Notes: generated by a model from the sequence alone, not told the origin. DNA of 64,000 bases from an uncultured delta proteobacterium (GCA_963811315.1 CAWERH010000039.1:4501-68500), one strand, 5' to 3'; shown: positions 9,494 through 19,864, numbered from the stretch's first letter. Program-made: numbers and translations.

Positions 9494-10471
9494 ATGCTTG
9501 AAAAGTTAACGCCGATTCTCACTGTAATTCTGGCTGCAGTTTTGTTGCTGCGCTCCGCATCGGCCGGCGCCGCCGATAAGATTCGTATCGGTTACTCCGG
9601 CGCGACGGTCAGCAACGCGATGCTCTGGGTGACCGACGAAGGCAGACTGTTTCAAAAAAACGGCATCGATCCGCAAATCCTCTATTTGCAAACGACGCTC
9701 GGACAGACGGCGATGATCGCCGGTGAAATCGACATGTGCGTCTACTCCGGCAGTCTGCTCTCGGCGGCGCGCTTGCAGGGAGTCGACGTGGTGATGGTCG
9801 TAAGTTTTCTCAACAAGCCGCTCTATCGGCTGGTGGTTCGCCCCGAGATTCGCACGGTCGCCGATCTCAAGGGAAAACGGCTCGGCATCACGCGCTTCGG
9901 CACTGTCACCGATTCGATGTCCCGGCTCCTGATCAACAAACTCGGACTCGATGCCGAGAAAGACGTTTCTTATATTCAGGTCGGTGATGTGCCAATCCTG
10001 TTAGCTTCCTTGTCGTCAGGCAAGATTATCGACGGCGCGATCATTCAGCCGCCTTATTATTTGAAGGCGGTGGCCACCGGCATGCGCGTTTTGGTGAATA
10101 TGCAAGAGATGGACATCCCGGTCCAACAAACCGGGCTCAATACCACGCAGAAGTTCATCGCGAAAAATCCCGATGTCGTGCGGCGGGTAGTCAAGTCGGT
10201 GATCGAAGGGATCCATCTGATGCGCACCAATCCCGCCGTGGCCAAGCGGGCGCTCTCCAGGCGCATGCAGATCAAAGATGAAAAAGAGATCGAAGACACC
10301 TATCAATTGCTGAAGAGTTTCGTGCAGATCAAGCCGTATCCGACTCTGGAAGGCTTCAAAACCATTTTCGAAGATCTGGCGAAAAGAGTTCCGGCGGCAA
10401 AGAACGCCAATCCCAAGGAATTTGTCGACACCCGGTTTATCGAAGAGTTGGATAAGCTCGGGGTTTATTGA
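9494..10471 (+). CDS. NMT1/SsuA-like periplasmic substrate-binding protein
   Basis: MLEKLTPILTVILAAVLLLRSASAGAADKIRIGYSG... Intact. The ATG at 9494 is preferred over the ORF-tool start at 9452 because it gives a proper signal peptide. Confidence 0.85.
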   Translation: MLEKLTPILTVILAAVLLLRSASAGAADKIRIGYSGATVSNAMLWVTDEGRLFQKNGIDPQILYLQTTLGQTAMIAGEIDMCVYSGSLLSAARLQGVDVVMVVSFLNKPLYRLVVRPEIRTVADLKGKRLGITRFGTVTDSMSRLLINKLGLDAEKDVSYIQVGDVPILLASLSSGKIIDGAIIQPPYYLKAVATGMRVLVNMQEMDIPVQQTGLNTTQKFIAKNPDVVRRVVKSVIEGIHLMRTNPAVAKRALSRRMQIKDEKEIEDTYQLLKSFVQIKPYPTLEGFKTIFEDLAKRVPAAKNANPKEFVDTRFIEELDKLGVY

Positions 10472-10524
10472 CGCATTGGAGCGCCAGTGATACGCGATGC
10501 TTGACGGATAATTGGGGAGGAACG

Positions 10525-11520
10525 ATGTTGAGAATACAAAGATCGCTGATGGGTGTCGCTTTGATTGTGGCTTTCGCCACTCCTGCCCTGGGGCAAAGCC
10601 TGCCCAAAGTCCGCGCCGCCTACACATCCATAAGCATCCAATTCGATGCGGTTTACATCATGAAGGAGCTCAACCTGCCGCGGAAATACGGCTTGGATGC
10701 CGAAATTCTTTTTGTGCCGGTGAGTTCGCGCGCCGTGCAGGCGGCGCTCGCGGGCGAGATTCAATTTATCACCAGTGGCGGCGTGGCCAATATCAATGCG
10801 AACGTCACAGGCGCCGATTTCACCGGGCTTACCGCGACACTCAATACTTTTGTCTTCAAGGTCTTCGCGAGCCCGGAGATCAAAAAGCCTGAGATGTTAA
10901 AGGGCAAGAAGGTCGGCATTTCCCGTCTCGGCGGCGCCAGCGATTTTTCTATTCGCTATGCGCTAAATTACTGGGGTCTCGTCCCCGACAAAGACGTTGC
11001 CATCATCCAGGTGGGCGGCGAACCGGAGTCGCTTCTGGCGCTACAAAACAAAGCCGTGGACGCGGCGATCTTATCGGAACCGTTTGCAAGCCTGGCAAAG
11101 CGCAATGGCTCAGTGCTGCTGGCTGATTTAAGTCAGCTCGGCGTGCCTTACACGATGCACGGCTTCGGGGTGCGCAAGAGTTACATTCAGGCCAATCGGG
11201 ACGTTGTCGTCCGATTCATGAAAGCCTATCTCGAAGGCATCTATGTTTTCAAAACCAACAAGGACATTGCGTTGAACGTCCTGAAAAAATATACCCGGCA
11301 GGACGATCTTTCCCTCGTACAAGTGGCCTATGAGGAAATGTCCCAGAAGCTTATCCGCAGAGTCCCGTACCCCAACCGCGAAGGGATTCAGACGATCATA
11401 GATCAGCTCGCCAAGACCCGGCCGGAAATGAAAAATCTCAACCCCGGCGACTTCATCGATCCGTCGATCTTGAAAGAAATCGAGGACAGCGGGTTTATTA
11501 AAAAGTTGTATGGAAATTAG
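10525..11520 (+). CDS. NMT1/SsuA-like periplasmic substrate-binding protein
   Basis: ATG at 10525 after SD GGAGG: MLRIQRSLMGVALIVAFATPALGQSLPKVRAAYTS... Intact. Confidence 0.85.
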   Translation: MLRIQRSLMGVALIVAFATPALGQSLPKVRAAYTSISIQFDAVYIMKELNLPRKYGLDAEILFVPVSSRAVQAALAGEIQFITSGGVANINANVTGADFTGLTATLNTFVFKVFASPEIKKPEMLKGKKVGISRLGGASDFSIRYALNYWGLVPDKDVAIIQVGGEPESLLALQNKAVDAAILSEPFASLAKRNGSVLLADLSQLGVPYTMHGFGVRKSYIQANRDVVVRFMKAYLEGIYVFKTNKDIALNVLKKYTRQDDLSLVQVAYEEMSQKLIRRVPYPNREGIQTIIDQLAKTRPEMKNLNPGDFIDPSILKEIEDSGFIKKLYGN

Positions 11521-11616
11521 CGGTCGATGTCTCCATGCCTGATCCAGGATCTAATCCTGAATCTGGCCCAAACAAACTAAATCTTTGACTTACTCTGACT
11601 GTGAGATTCGGCGGCA

Positions 11617-12597
11617 TTGATGTCAAATCTAAAACTTACTCTTGCGTGTTGGGACTACGATCGTACCCGGCCGCTCATCGATGGTCGGGTGAAAGCTGAA
11701 GGAATCGATCTCGACATAAAAATCATGCGACCCCGCGAAATGTTTCCTCGGATGCTGGAAAAAAAAGAGTTTGAAATTTCCGAGCTATCGCTTGGTTCAT
11801 TATGTCACCCTCAAAGGCCGCGGCAGCTGTCCGTTCGTGGCGGTGCCCGTGGCGTTATCCAAGATCTTCCGCCACTCGTGTATTTACGTGCGGACGGATG
11901 CGGGCATCAGGAGCCCCCAGGATCTGCGGGGCAAGCGGGTGGGAACTACTCAGCTCGGGTCCACCGGAATTATTTTCATGAACGGCATGATGCAACACGA
12001 GTACGGCGTAGGTCTGGAAGATATCCACTGGTTTATTGGCGGATTGGATTCCCCGACCACGAGACCGGTGATTCCTCTGAATCTGCCGGATAAAATTAAG
12101 GTTGACTTTCTTCCTTCGGATCAAACTTTGGAGGGGATGTTAGAAGCCGGACAACTCGACGCTTTGTTCGCGCTGTACATTCCCTCGATCTTTCAGAAAG
12201 GGCTCGCCGCCGCATAGCGCGCCTGTTTCCGAACTATTATGAAGTCGAACAGGATTATTATCGTCGCACACAGATCTTTCCGATCATGCACACCGTCGTG
12301 GTGCGCGACGATGTTCATCGTGAGCATCCATGGGTGGCTGAAAGTATGTACAAGGCTTTCTGCGAGGCTCGGGATCTAGCCGTCGACGGACTTTACGACA
12401 CGGACGCGCTACGACTCTCGCTTCCTTGGCTCATCAACCATCTTGAGGAGACCTGGAAAGTCTTAGGGAAGGATTTCTGGGCCTACGGTTTGGAGCCCAA
12501 CCGCCCGGCTTTAGAGGCGATCGGCCAGTATGTCTACGAGCAGGGTTTCTCGCCCCGCGCAGTCAGCCCCGACGAGCTGTTCGCGCTGAATGTGTGA
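11617..12597 (+). CDS. cytoplasmic SBP-fold protein resembling 4,5-dihydroxyphthalate decarboxylase (PhtD-like); two frameshifts (near 11800 and 12205)
   Basis: Three ORFs (11617-12093, 11771-12217, 12286-12597) concatenate into MSNLKLTLACWDYDRTRPLIDGRVKAEGIDL...SYVTLKGRGSCPF...MHTVVVRDDVHREHPW... There is no signal peptide. Family assignment is from memory of the LTLACWDYDRTR N-terminal signature. Confidence 0.5.
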
Positions 12598-12669
12598 GGA
12601 CTCTTCTGCCAAGCATTCCTATTAACTCATGTTGTAAAACAATACTCATAGGTAAGTAGAGGAACATTA

Positions 12670-13521
12670 ATGAACGAGAGCATTTCTTCGACTGAGATGA
12701 ATGACCCTATGGTTCCGGTGCCGATTCCGGCGCAGGTTCCGGTCAAGGAGGGGATCGCCGAGCTTCCCGACACCCATCTTGGGTATTGGGATACGGGCGG
12801 CGGCGGAGAGCCGGTGGTGTTTCTCCATCCAGCGTCGGGTAGCGCGCTGGTCTGGCTGTACCAGCAGCCCGTATTTGCAAAAGCCGGTTACCGTGTCATC
12901 GCTTATTCGCGGCGCAACTATTACAACTCGGACTCGGCGCCCGAGGAGAATCCGGGGAGCGCATCGGAAGACCTGCAGAATCTGATCGAATTTCTCGGCC
13001 TGGAGAAGTTCCATTTAGTCAGCTCGGCCGCCGGCGGCAGCATCGCTGCCGACTACGCGCTATCCCACCCGGAGCGTCTGCTTAGCCTCACGGTATCCAG
13101 TAACAACCTTGCGGCTGCGAAAGGCTACATCGCCGAGGCCGCCGCCAGGATCAAACTCAGAGAGTGGGACGATCTGCCGCGCTGGCATCGCGAGCTCGGC
13201 CCTTCCTATCGCGCGGTCAACCCCGATGGCGTCGCCAAATGGACCGAGCTCAACCACAAATCAGAGACCGGCAGGGGCGCCCGGCAAAAGTTGGTGCATG
13301 TCGTGACGCCGGAGAAGCTGGCGACCCTCAAGGTTCGGACGTTGCTCATGACCGGCGCCGCCGATATGTTCACGCCGCCTTCGATTATGCGGATGATCGC
13401 GCGCCATGTTCCCGACAACGAGCTAGTGATCGTGCCCGAGTGCGGCCATTCGGTCTATTGGGAGCAACCCGAGCTGTTCAACCGCACCGTGCTCGGATTT
13501 ATCGGCCAAACTTCGAAATAG
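12670..13521 (+). CDS. alpha/beta hydrolase fold protein
   Basis: 283 aa: ..EPVVFLHPASGSALVW...HLVSSAAGGS (nucleophile elbow)...PECGHSVYWEQPELF. SD AGAGGAA lies 6 nt upstream. Confidence 0.8.
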   Translation: MNESISSTEMNDPMVPVPIPAQVPVKEGIAELPDTHLGYWDTGGGGEPVVFLHPASGSALVWLYQQPVFAKAGYRVIAYSRRNYYNSDSAPEENPGSASEDLQNLIEFLGLEKFHLVSSAAGGSIAADYALSHPERLLSLTVSSNNLAAAKGYIAEAAARIKLREWDDLPRWHRELGPSYRAVNPDGVAKWTELNHKSETGRGARQKLVHVVTPEKLATLKVRTLLMTGAADMFTPPSIMRMIARHVPDNELVIVPECGHSVYWEQPELFNRTVLGFIGQTSK

Positions 13522-13621
13522 ACCCGCGGTAAACCTGTTGCCACAGCGATAGCGCGGCAGACTGGCAACCAAAATGAGAAGAGATTGACCATAAAGGGCG
13601 CAAAGATCACAAAACAAAATG

Positions 13622-13645
13622 GAGGGCGGGTTTTCCAACCCGCCT
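13622..13645. terminator. GC-rich stem-loop GGCGGGTT-TTCC-AACCCGCC (same palindromic element as 54810-54837, opposite loop orientation)
   Basis: Perfect 8-bp stem with a tetraloop, 100 nt after the hydrolase stop. No U-tract follows. Confidence 0.3.
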
Positions 13646-13808
13646 TGGATGACGTGACAAGATTTGCGTGAGCCGCGAAACTTTTGAAGCATAGAGTGCG
13701 GAGAACATGGAGGGCAATTCCGTAACTTTGAGACTCGCTGTCCTCTGCGTCTCGGCGGTGAATCATCCGAGTTCGAGTTTATTTTCTAGAAATTTTCAGG
13801 AGATGGTC

Positions 13809-14881
13809 ATGAAAAAAAGTTTTTCGCCGCCGTGATTTCACTTCTGGTTTGCACATGGGCCGTCGCCGCGAGGCCAACGTCCGCGCAGGAGACCGCTGGC
13901 CAGATTTTGGCGAAGCTTGAAAAACTTTCCACCGAGAACCGGCAGAAAGTCCTGGTCGAGCGCGCAAGGAATGAGAAAGAAGTCACTTTCTATAGCTCCC
14001 TTCAGACCACCGATGCAGAACCCTACGTGAAGGCGTTCAACAAGCGCTATCCTTTTATCAAGGTCAATATCTACCGTGTCTCCGGGCAGAAACAGGTAAT
14101 CATGATCCAATCGGAATTTAACGCCGGCAGGCATGCCTTCGACATTACCAATGCCTCGGCTGCTCAAGCCTTTGGCATCAAGAAGACCGGCGCGTTGGAC
14201 CCGTATCAAAGTCCCCAGCGGCAATACTTTTCCACCGCGCATAAAGACAAGGAAGGATACTTCACCCCGACTTATATCGTCCCGGTGGTGCTTGGCTACA
14301 ACACCAATATGGTCAAGCGCAACGAATTGCCCAAACGCTATGAAGACCTGCTGGAGTCCAGATGGAAGAGTAATATGATCTTGGACATCGAGGAGTTTCC
14401 CTGGTTTGCGGTGTTACTCAAACACTATGGCCGCGAAAAGGGTTTGGACTACATGAGACGGCTGGCCAAACAGGATATCCAGATGGGGCGGGGACGCACC
14501 ACCCAGGCGCAGCTCATCAGCGCGGGCGAGCGGGCCGTCGGCATAGCGCTCAACAGCTCTTCCGTGCTCGACTTCAAAACTCGCGGCGCGCCAATCGACT
14601 GGACCATTCTCGATCCGTATTACGCCAAACCCAATATGCTGATGTTTGCGCGCCACGCGCCTCACCCGCATGCGGCGGCGCTATTGATCGACTGGACGCT
14701 CTCCGAGGAAGGGCAGTCGCTACTGGCGAATTCGGGTTACGTGGTAGCGCGCAAGGGCGTGAAACAAAGCACCCCGGCATTATTGGAAAAGGAGAGCTTT
14801 CTCGCCGATCCCGACTTTATTGGCCCGATCTTGGAAGAGACCGGCAGAGACTTTCGCAGCGTATTCACAGGCGGACGCTAG
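13809..14881 (+). CDS. extracellular solute-binding protein family 1 (Fe3+/ABC-type periplasmic binding protein); frameshift in the A7 run 13812-13818
   Basis: Adding one A gives MKKKFFAAVISLLVCTWAVAARPTSAQE... (signal peptide) followed by ..YPFIKVNIYR...LPKRYEDLL... Paralogous to 34193-35246, 35443-36451 and 42190-43242. Confidence 0.75.
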
Positions 14882-15061
14882 ATTTCGGTCCCGGAAGTTC
14901 GATGAAAAAGTTGATCACGCCTTAGCCGTCATACCTGCGGAAGCCGGTATCCAGATGGTTTTGAAATTCCTGGATTCCGGGTCGCCCCCGGCCTTCGCCG
15001 GGGTTGCCCGGAATGACGATCGATTTAATGTTGCTGGGCCAGGACGCTAGATTTCGGCCAA
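14874..15061. mobile_element. MITE-like hairpin element (14928-15033, termini GTCATACC..GGAATGAC) flanked by perfect 16-bp direct repeats GGACGCTAGATTTCGG (14874-14889 and 15046-15061)
   Basis: The direct repeat includes the TAG stop of the upstream SBP gene. The internal sequence is an imperfect long hairpin of the same family as 7135, 49717 and 52488. Confidence 0.5.
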
Positions 15062-15077
15062 CAACATACCGCTGCGG

Positions 15078-15611
15078 CTAGGTCCGGCGCGCGGGAAAGG
15101 TAACAAGGTTTGTGGGTTGAGTTCGCCTCTTATACATATTCACGCTAGCTTCACGAAGAAAGCTCATCGTTAAGTTCTCCGACTGTACAAAGCCAGTCCG
15201 AGTTTCATATTCAACCTGCACAACGGGATCGTCGGACAGTGAAACATGGCTGTTGTCAATCCGCAGCAACTGCCCGCGCTGGCTATCAACATATCCCCCG
15301 ATGCCGCGAAGTATTTCGGAGATGCTGTCGAACCGGATCCCGTCATTTGACTCGCCACGGCGCATTTTGCCTTCGCGATCAAGAACTTCTATTTGTGCGG
15401 TCGAAAAACGCATTTCTATCAGCGCGATGTAGGGTGGATTCGGGTCGCCGGCTTGTAAGCGGAATTCATCGGCATAGCTTTTCAATTCGAAGATATCGAT
15501 GGTTTGTTTTTGCAATGCCTGACCGATGCAGCGAAGCACTCCGGCGTAACCAAAATTCAACGGCACACAACCTCCCGCGGTTCTTGCAATAAAAACTTCA
15601 CCGCACCGCAA
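15078..15611 (-). CDS. hypothetical protein (lower-GC region)
   Basis: 177-aa ORF with non-repetitive sequence. No family recognised. It is flanked by the MITE on one side and a ~320-bp low-GC non-coding stretch on the other. Confidence 0.4.
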   Translation of the reverse strand: MRCGEVFIARTAGGCVPLNFGYAGVLRCIGQALQKQTIDIFELKSYADEFRLQAGDPNPPYIALIEMRFSTAQIEVLDREGKMRRGESNDGIRFDSISEILRGIGGYVDSQRGQLLRIDNSHVSLSDDPVVQVEYETRTGFVQSENLTMSFLREASVNMYKRRTQPTNLVTFPARRT

Positions 15612-16007
15612 AACTAGCGGTACAGCAATTCAATATGCGGCCCCAAGCGGAGCAGCCTGTGAATTTCCTTTTTTCCCGAAGTCTTTCTTTGATTGACGGA
15701 CGTGGTGTGTTTCTATGCGAGCTATGCCGCAAGTGGCATGCCATGTGAGCTGCAAAAAAAACACCGACGAGTATTTACCCCGTAAGCGCTTGAAAATTGC
15801 GGCTTTTTAAAAACAGCTTAGAAAATGACTGCGGTTAGGAAGAACTCGACTGTTCCATTTTACCGACACAATGCGATGCGGGAATTTCCGCTGTAGGAAA
15901 ATGACAACGGCGGCGTCGGCCTGTTCCTCGTGCAGGATCGGCGATTAAGCTTGCGGCGAGGTGATTGCCGGCGGTGCGGCGTGCAGCGCGACGGCTGCGT
16001 GCAGTCA

Positions 16008-17021
16008 TCAACGGTAGCCGGCATCGTCGGCAGGCAGACCACGTTCTTGGACCTCCACGAGGTAGCGCCAGCAGTCCGGCTGGGTGCCGTCGATGTCGGT
16101 GAAGCCGTAGATGGGGGCGAGCTGTCCGCTGGAGACGACCTTACCCGTCCAGCGCGCAACCTCCGGGTCCGCTGCGAGGGCGGCGACCGCGCGGCCGACG
16201 TAGGTCGGCGACTCGGAGATGCAAAAGTGCGGCATGCGGGCGGTCGCGTCCCGCCAGTTTGCTTCGGTCACGCCGTACGCGTCGAGCATCTTCTCCGAAC
16301 GCAGCCAGCCCGGAGTTACGGCGACGGCCGCGCCGTGGTGCGGGGCCAGCTCGTGACTCTGCGCGAGAGCCATGCGCTGCACGGCGTTTTTGACCAGGTC
16401 GTAGAAGAATCCCACCTGGTGGCGGTACGCCGCGTTGTACTCTGCGGTCCCGTCGGTCATCTCGATGACCAGCCCGCCGGGGCGGCGGATGAGCAGCGGC
16501 AGGGCGTGGTGGCTGGTGATCGCATGCGTGTCGATGCCCAGGCGCAGCATTCGCAGCCCGCCGGCGAGGTCGTGCTCCCACAGCTTGGTGTTGAACTGGA
16601 GGTAGGTGTCGCCGCCCCAGATGTCGTTCACGAGCACGTCGAGGCGGCCGTGGTCTCGGTCGATGCGCTGGACGAGATCGCGCACCTGCTCGCTTTCGAG
16701 GTGATCCACCCGCAAGGCGATTCCCACGCCCCCGGCGGCGGCGATCAGCTCACCGGTCTCTTCGATCGTCTCCGGCCGGTTGATTTCCGACCGGCCTGCC
16801 CGGCTGCTGCGCCCGGTGGCGTAAACTGTCGCACCCGCGCGGGCAAGCTCTACGGCAATCGCACGTCCGGCGCCGCGCGTGGCGCCTGCGACTAACGCCA
16901 CTTTCCCGGTTAATGCTCCAGCTTTTGCTTCATTCTTCGCTGTGGCTTCCATTGGCATTTTCTTCTTGCGCGCACCCTTCCGCGCGCCACGAAACTTAGG
17001 TGCGTTTTCAACAAGCCTCAT
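16008..17021 (-). CDS. short-chain dehydrogenase/reductase (SDR) family oxidoreductase
   Basis: ..GKVALVAGATRGAGRAIAVELARAGATV.. (TGxxxGxG Rossmann motif). The ATG at 17019-17021 overlaps the TGA of the upstream amidohydrolase in an ATGA arrangement. The +strand ORF 15930-16895 is an antisense artefact of ~70% GC. Confidence 0.8.
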   Translation of the reverse strand: MRLVENAPKFRGARKGARKKKMPMEATAKNEAKAGALTGKVALVAGATRGAGRAIAVELARAGATVYATGRSSRAGRSEINRPETIEETGELIAAAGGVGIALRVDHLESEQVRDLVQRIDRDHGRLDVLVNDIWGGDTYLQFNTKLWEHDLAGGLRMLRLGIDTHAITSHHALPLLIRRPGGLVIEMTDGTAEYNAAYRHQVGFFYDLVKNAVQRMALAQSHELAPHHGAAVAVTPGWLRSEKMLDAYGVTEANWRDATARMPHFCISESPTYVGRAVAALAADPEVARWTGKVVSSGQLAPIYGFTDIDGTQPDCWRYLVEVQERGLPADDAGYR

Positions 17022-18114
17022 AGCCCATAAAACTTCCTCGGATTGTCACACAAGATCTTTTCCACGAGACTTGGCGCCACGTCTTCGCGCGCCTTCATCT
17101 GGGTCACCAGATGAGCTTGTTCAGCGGGGTCGTTGTGACCGTAGTCGGAGCCGGTGAGCAGGTGGCCTTCGCCGGTGTACTTGATTAGGTAGGGAATATC
17201 TTCGTCGGCCTCGCAGGCGACGAAGAAACGGCAATCTTCGAAAAGATCGGCAGGGGATTGCCACGATGCTTTCCAGCGTTTGGTGTTGTCGCGCCGTAGC
17301 TTGTGGATCAAGTAGGGTATCCAACTGGCGGAAGCTTCGATGAAGCCGAAGCGCAGTTTTGGAAACATGTCGGGAATCTGATTGAGCACGAGATCGCGAA
17401 ACGCGTGCAGGGGCGGAAAGCCGGAGTGAGACCATTGCCGATTGCGCTCCAGATCGAACATCGCGGTGACGGCCGGGGTGCCGGAGCCGGTGTGAATGCA
17501 GATCGGTAGATCGAGTTCCATCGACGTTTGATATACCGGGAAAAAGTACGGGTTGTCCAAGGTCAAGTTGCCTTCCATGCCGCGGAAGAATACCCCGACG
17601 GCGCCGTTTTGCTTGGCCCACTTCAGCTCCTGCACCGATTCCTCGATGCAACGCAGCGGCGGGATCGCCACCCAGTGGATGCGGTCGTGACTCTGCGCGC
17701 AGGCTTGCGCCATGAAACGGTTATAGGCGCGGCTCAACGCCACGTCGAGCTCGGCGTCGTCGGTGAGGTAGATCAGAAACAGAGTCGGATAAACCACCTG
17801 AGCCGCGATGCCGCCGCGATCCATATCGGCGAGCCGGGCCGGGACGTCGGTCAACTCTCGGCACGCGACCTGAATGTCTTTTCTGTTCGATTGGATTTTC
17901 GACGCCGAGGGGTGACGAGACGGAAGCCGCCCTTGCCGACCGGCTTGGGAAAAATGTTGCCGTCGATCAGCCAGGTCGCATTCCAGCCGCCGTATAACGT
18001 GTCGTCCGGCAGAGACAGCAAAACCGGCCGGCGCGGGTACATCTCCTTGTCGATCATCTGCCACATGGCTTCCGATTCGGCTACGTGAGTATCGGCATCG
18101 ATGATGGGTTGCAT
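17018..18114 (-). CDS. amidohydrolase-2 family protein; frameshift at the G4 run near 17908-17911
   Basis: N-terminus MQPIIDADTHVAESEAMWQ..GKGGFRLVTP (ORF 17851-18114) joins ..SASKIQSNRKDIQVACRELTD...PICIHTG...TGSDYGHND..FYGL (ORF 17018-18064). Paralog of 1533-2646. Confidence 0.75.
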
Positions 18115-18213
18115 ATTTTTAATCCTTCCTTCGAAAGCGCAGTTATATCATAAGTCAGCTCTGCACTCAGGCGTTCTTTCTTCTATGCTGAGCAACTGTC
18201 GAAGTCATCTCGC

Positions 18214-18276
18214 GAAGATTTTCAGCTAATGCAAAGACGAGATTCTTCGCCTTCGGCTCAGAATGACATTGAGTCA
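18214..18276. repeat. degenerate MITE/REP-like hairpin copy
   Basis: gtcatctcgcgaagattttc...gagattcttcgccttcggctcagaatgac. The left arm lacks the CTGAGCCGAAG segment. Confidence 0.4.
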
Positions 18277-18779
18277 CAGTTCTCGATGGTGAAAAACCCC
18301 GGCTTAGACGTAGCATCAATACTGACTCCGATGTTATGGCAGAAAACTCAAGTCGACGAGCTGCGGCATGAAATCAAGACTGCGACCGACCAACGCTTGC
18401 ATCGACAACGTGCCGCCGGCGATGTAGATCACTTCAACGTCCAGTTGGTTCTGTTTAAGAATACCGGCGTCCTTGGCGATGCTGAAGGCACGGCTTCGGT
18501 GCTCGCCGGGGAATTGGTGCCGACCCGCAGAGATGTCAACTGCGCCGCAGCTATACTCGGACCGATAAGAAACAGTGCGGCGGCAAGGATTACCCAGGCA
18601 TAGCGCATCGATGAAGGAATGGATTTCAAATGAGATTCTCGCTGGGTTACGACGCTAGAGCTAGAACAATTGCCCGGACCTGTCAACGCGGAATCGCCGG
18701 CCGCTCAGGTTGCAGACACAGGATGACTTTGCCTATATAGAAACAGTCAAGTTTCGCGCTTCTTAGGAGGATTAGGTTC

Positions 18780-19343
18780 ATGGCGACGATTAAATTTCTC
18801 GATCCCCGAGTGGTGATCAATCCCAAAGACCAGCCGCTGGTGCCGGGTCTGGATACGCTCGAAGGAAAAGTTATCGGCATCATCGATAACGGGCAGGCCA
18901 ATTCGACGACGATGTTTCAAGAGCTGGCGCAACTGATGCAAGAAAAACTTCATACCAAGGAAGTTCTGTTCAAAACCAAACCGACGCACATGCAGGGCGC
19001 GCCGAAACCGATCATGGAAGAAATCCTCAACCGGTGCGACGCGGTGATCACCGGTTTAGGCGCTTGAGGGTCGTGCACGTCGTGGAGTGTCCACGACGCC
19101 ATCGAATTGCAAAAGAAGGGAAAGCCGACGGTAACCCTGTGCCAGTCGATCTTTATGGCGCTGGCGCGCACCGAGGCGAAGTTTTTCGGCATCGCTAAAT
19201 TACCTCTGGTCGAAATCCCGCATCATCCGAGCGGCGGCGCACGGCCTGGTGAGCATCGAGCGGATGCCGAGGGCGCGGTTAGTTTGGTTAATGAGCAGTT
19301 GACGCTGGGTGGGGCGGCGTTGAAGAAGACGCGACAGCGGTGA
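18780..19343 (+). CDS. UGSC-motif selenoprotein, copy 2; in-frame UGA at 19065-19067 read as selenocysteine
   Basis: ..VITGLGA U GSCTSWSVHDAIELQKKGKPTVTL... continues to TGA 19341-19343. The peptide after the UGA aligns with copy 1 (SLEIQKRGRFAITL.. versus AIELQKKGKPTVTL..). SD AGGAGG lies 9 nt before the ATG at 18780. Confidence 0.7.
19079..19097 (+). other. candidate bacterial SECIS stem-loop GUCGUGG-AGUGU-CCACGAC (identical to 6819-6837)
   Basis: It starts 11 nt after the UGA and its nucleotide sequence is conserved between the paralogs. Confidence 0.6.
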
Positions 19344-19465
19344 TCCTGGAGCGATGGAGGAAGAAATATGGATAAGCGTGATCGAGTTTCGGGTTGATTT
19401 TGAACGGTGCCGCATTCCTTTCCCCCTTGCGGGGAAAGGAAAGGATAGGGGGTATGCGAGCAACA

Positions 19466-19864
19466 ATGAACGCGAGCCCGGAAGCTGCGGAAAAATCCAA
19501 CCGATGCCGAGCGTTTGCTCTGGCAAAACTTCGTTTCTGGCAAGTTGACGGTTGCAAATTTCGCCGTCAACAACCCTATAGGAAATTACATTGTTGACTT
19601 TGTTTGTTTAGAAAAAAGATTGATTATCGAGGTCGACGGCGGACAGCATGCTGAACATATGAATTACGGATACCGACCGTGATGCTTGGTTACGAAATCC
19701 GAGGGTTATGTAATTTTAAGATTCTGGAACAACGATGTGTCTAAGAAGATAGATGGCGTCAAGGAAGTGATATTTCAATCCTTGCAAAGCACCCCCTACC
19801 TTAGTCCTTCCCCGCAATCGGGGGAGGAATGGTTGAGAAGCTAGGAAGATCGCATCGAGCACGA
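19466..19864 (+). pseudogene. DUF559 (Vsr-like endonuclease domain) gene with at least 4-5 frame disruptions; pseudogene or error-dense
   Basis: Reconstructable as M-TRARKLRKNPTDAERLLWQ|KLRFWQVDGCKFRRQQP|IGNYIVDFVCLEKRLIIEVDGGQHAEH..DRDAWLRN..GYVILRFWNNDV..IFQSLQ across three frames. Each break is at a short homopolymer. The gene sits in a ~540-bp lower-GC insert between the selenoprotein gene and its partner. Confidence 0.55.

Noticed and set aside
15930-16895. 321-aa plus-strand ORF
   Set aside because: It is antisense to the SDR gene, which has an unambiguous Rossmann motif on the minus strand. Long spurious antisense ORFs are expected at ~70% GC, and the product is low-complexity (R/G/A/V-rich).
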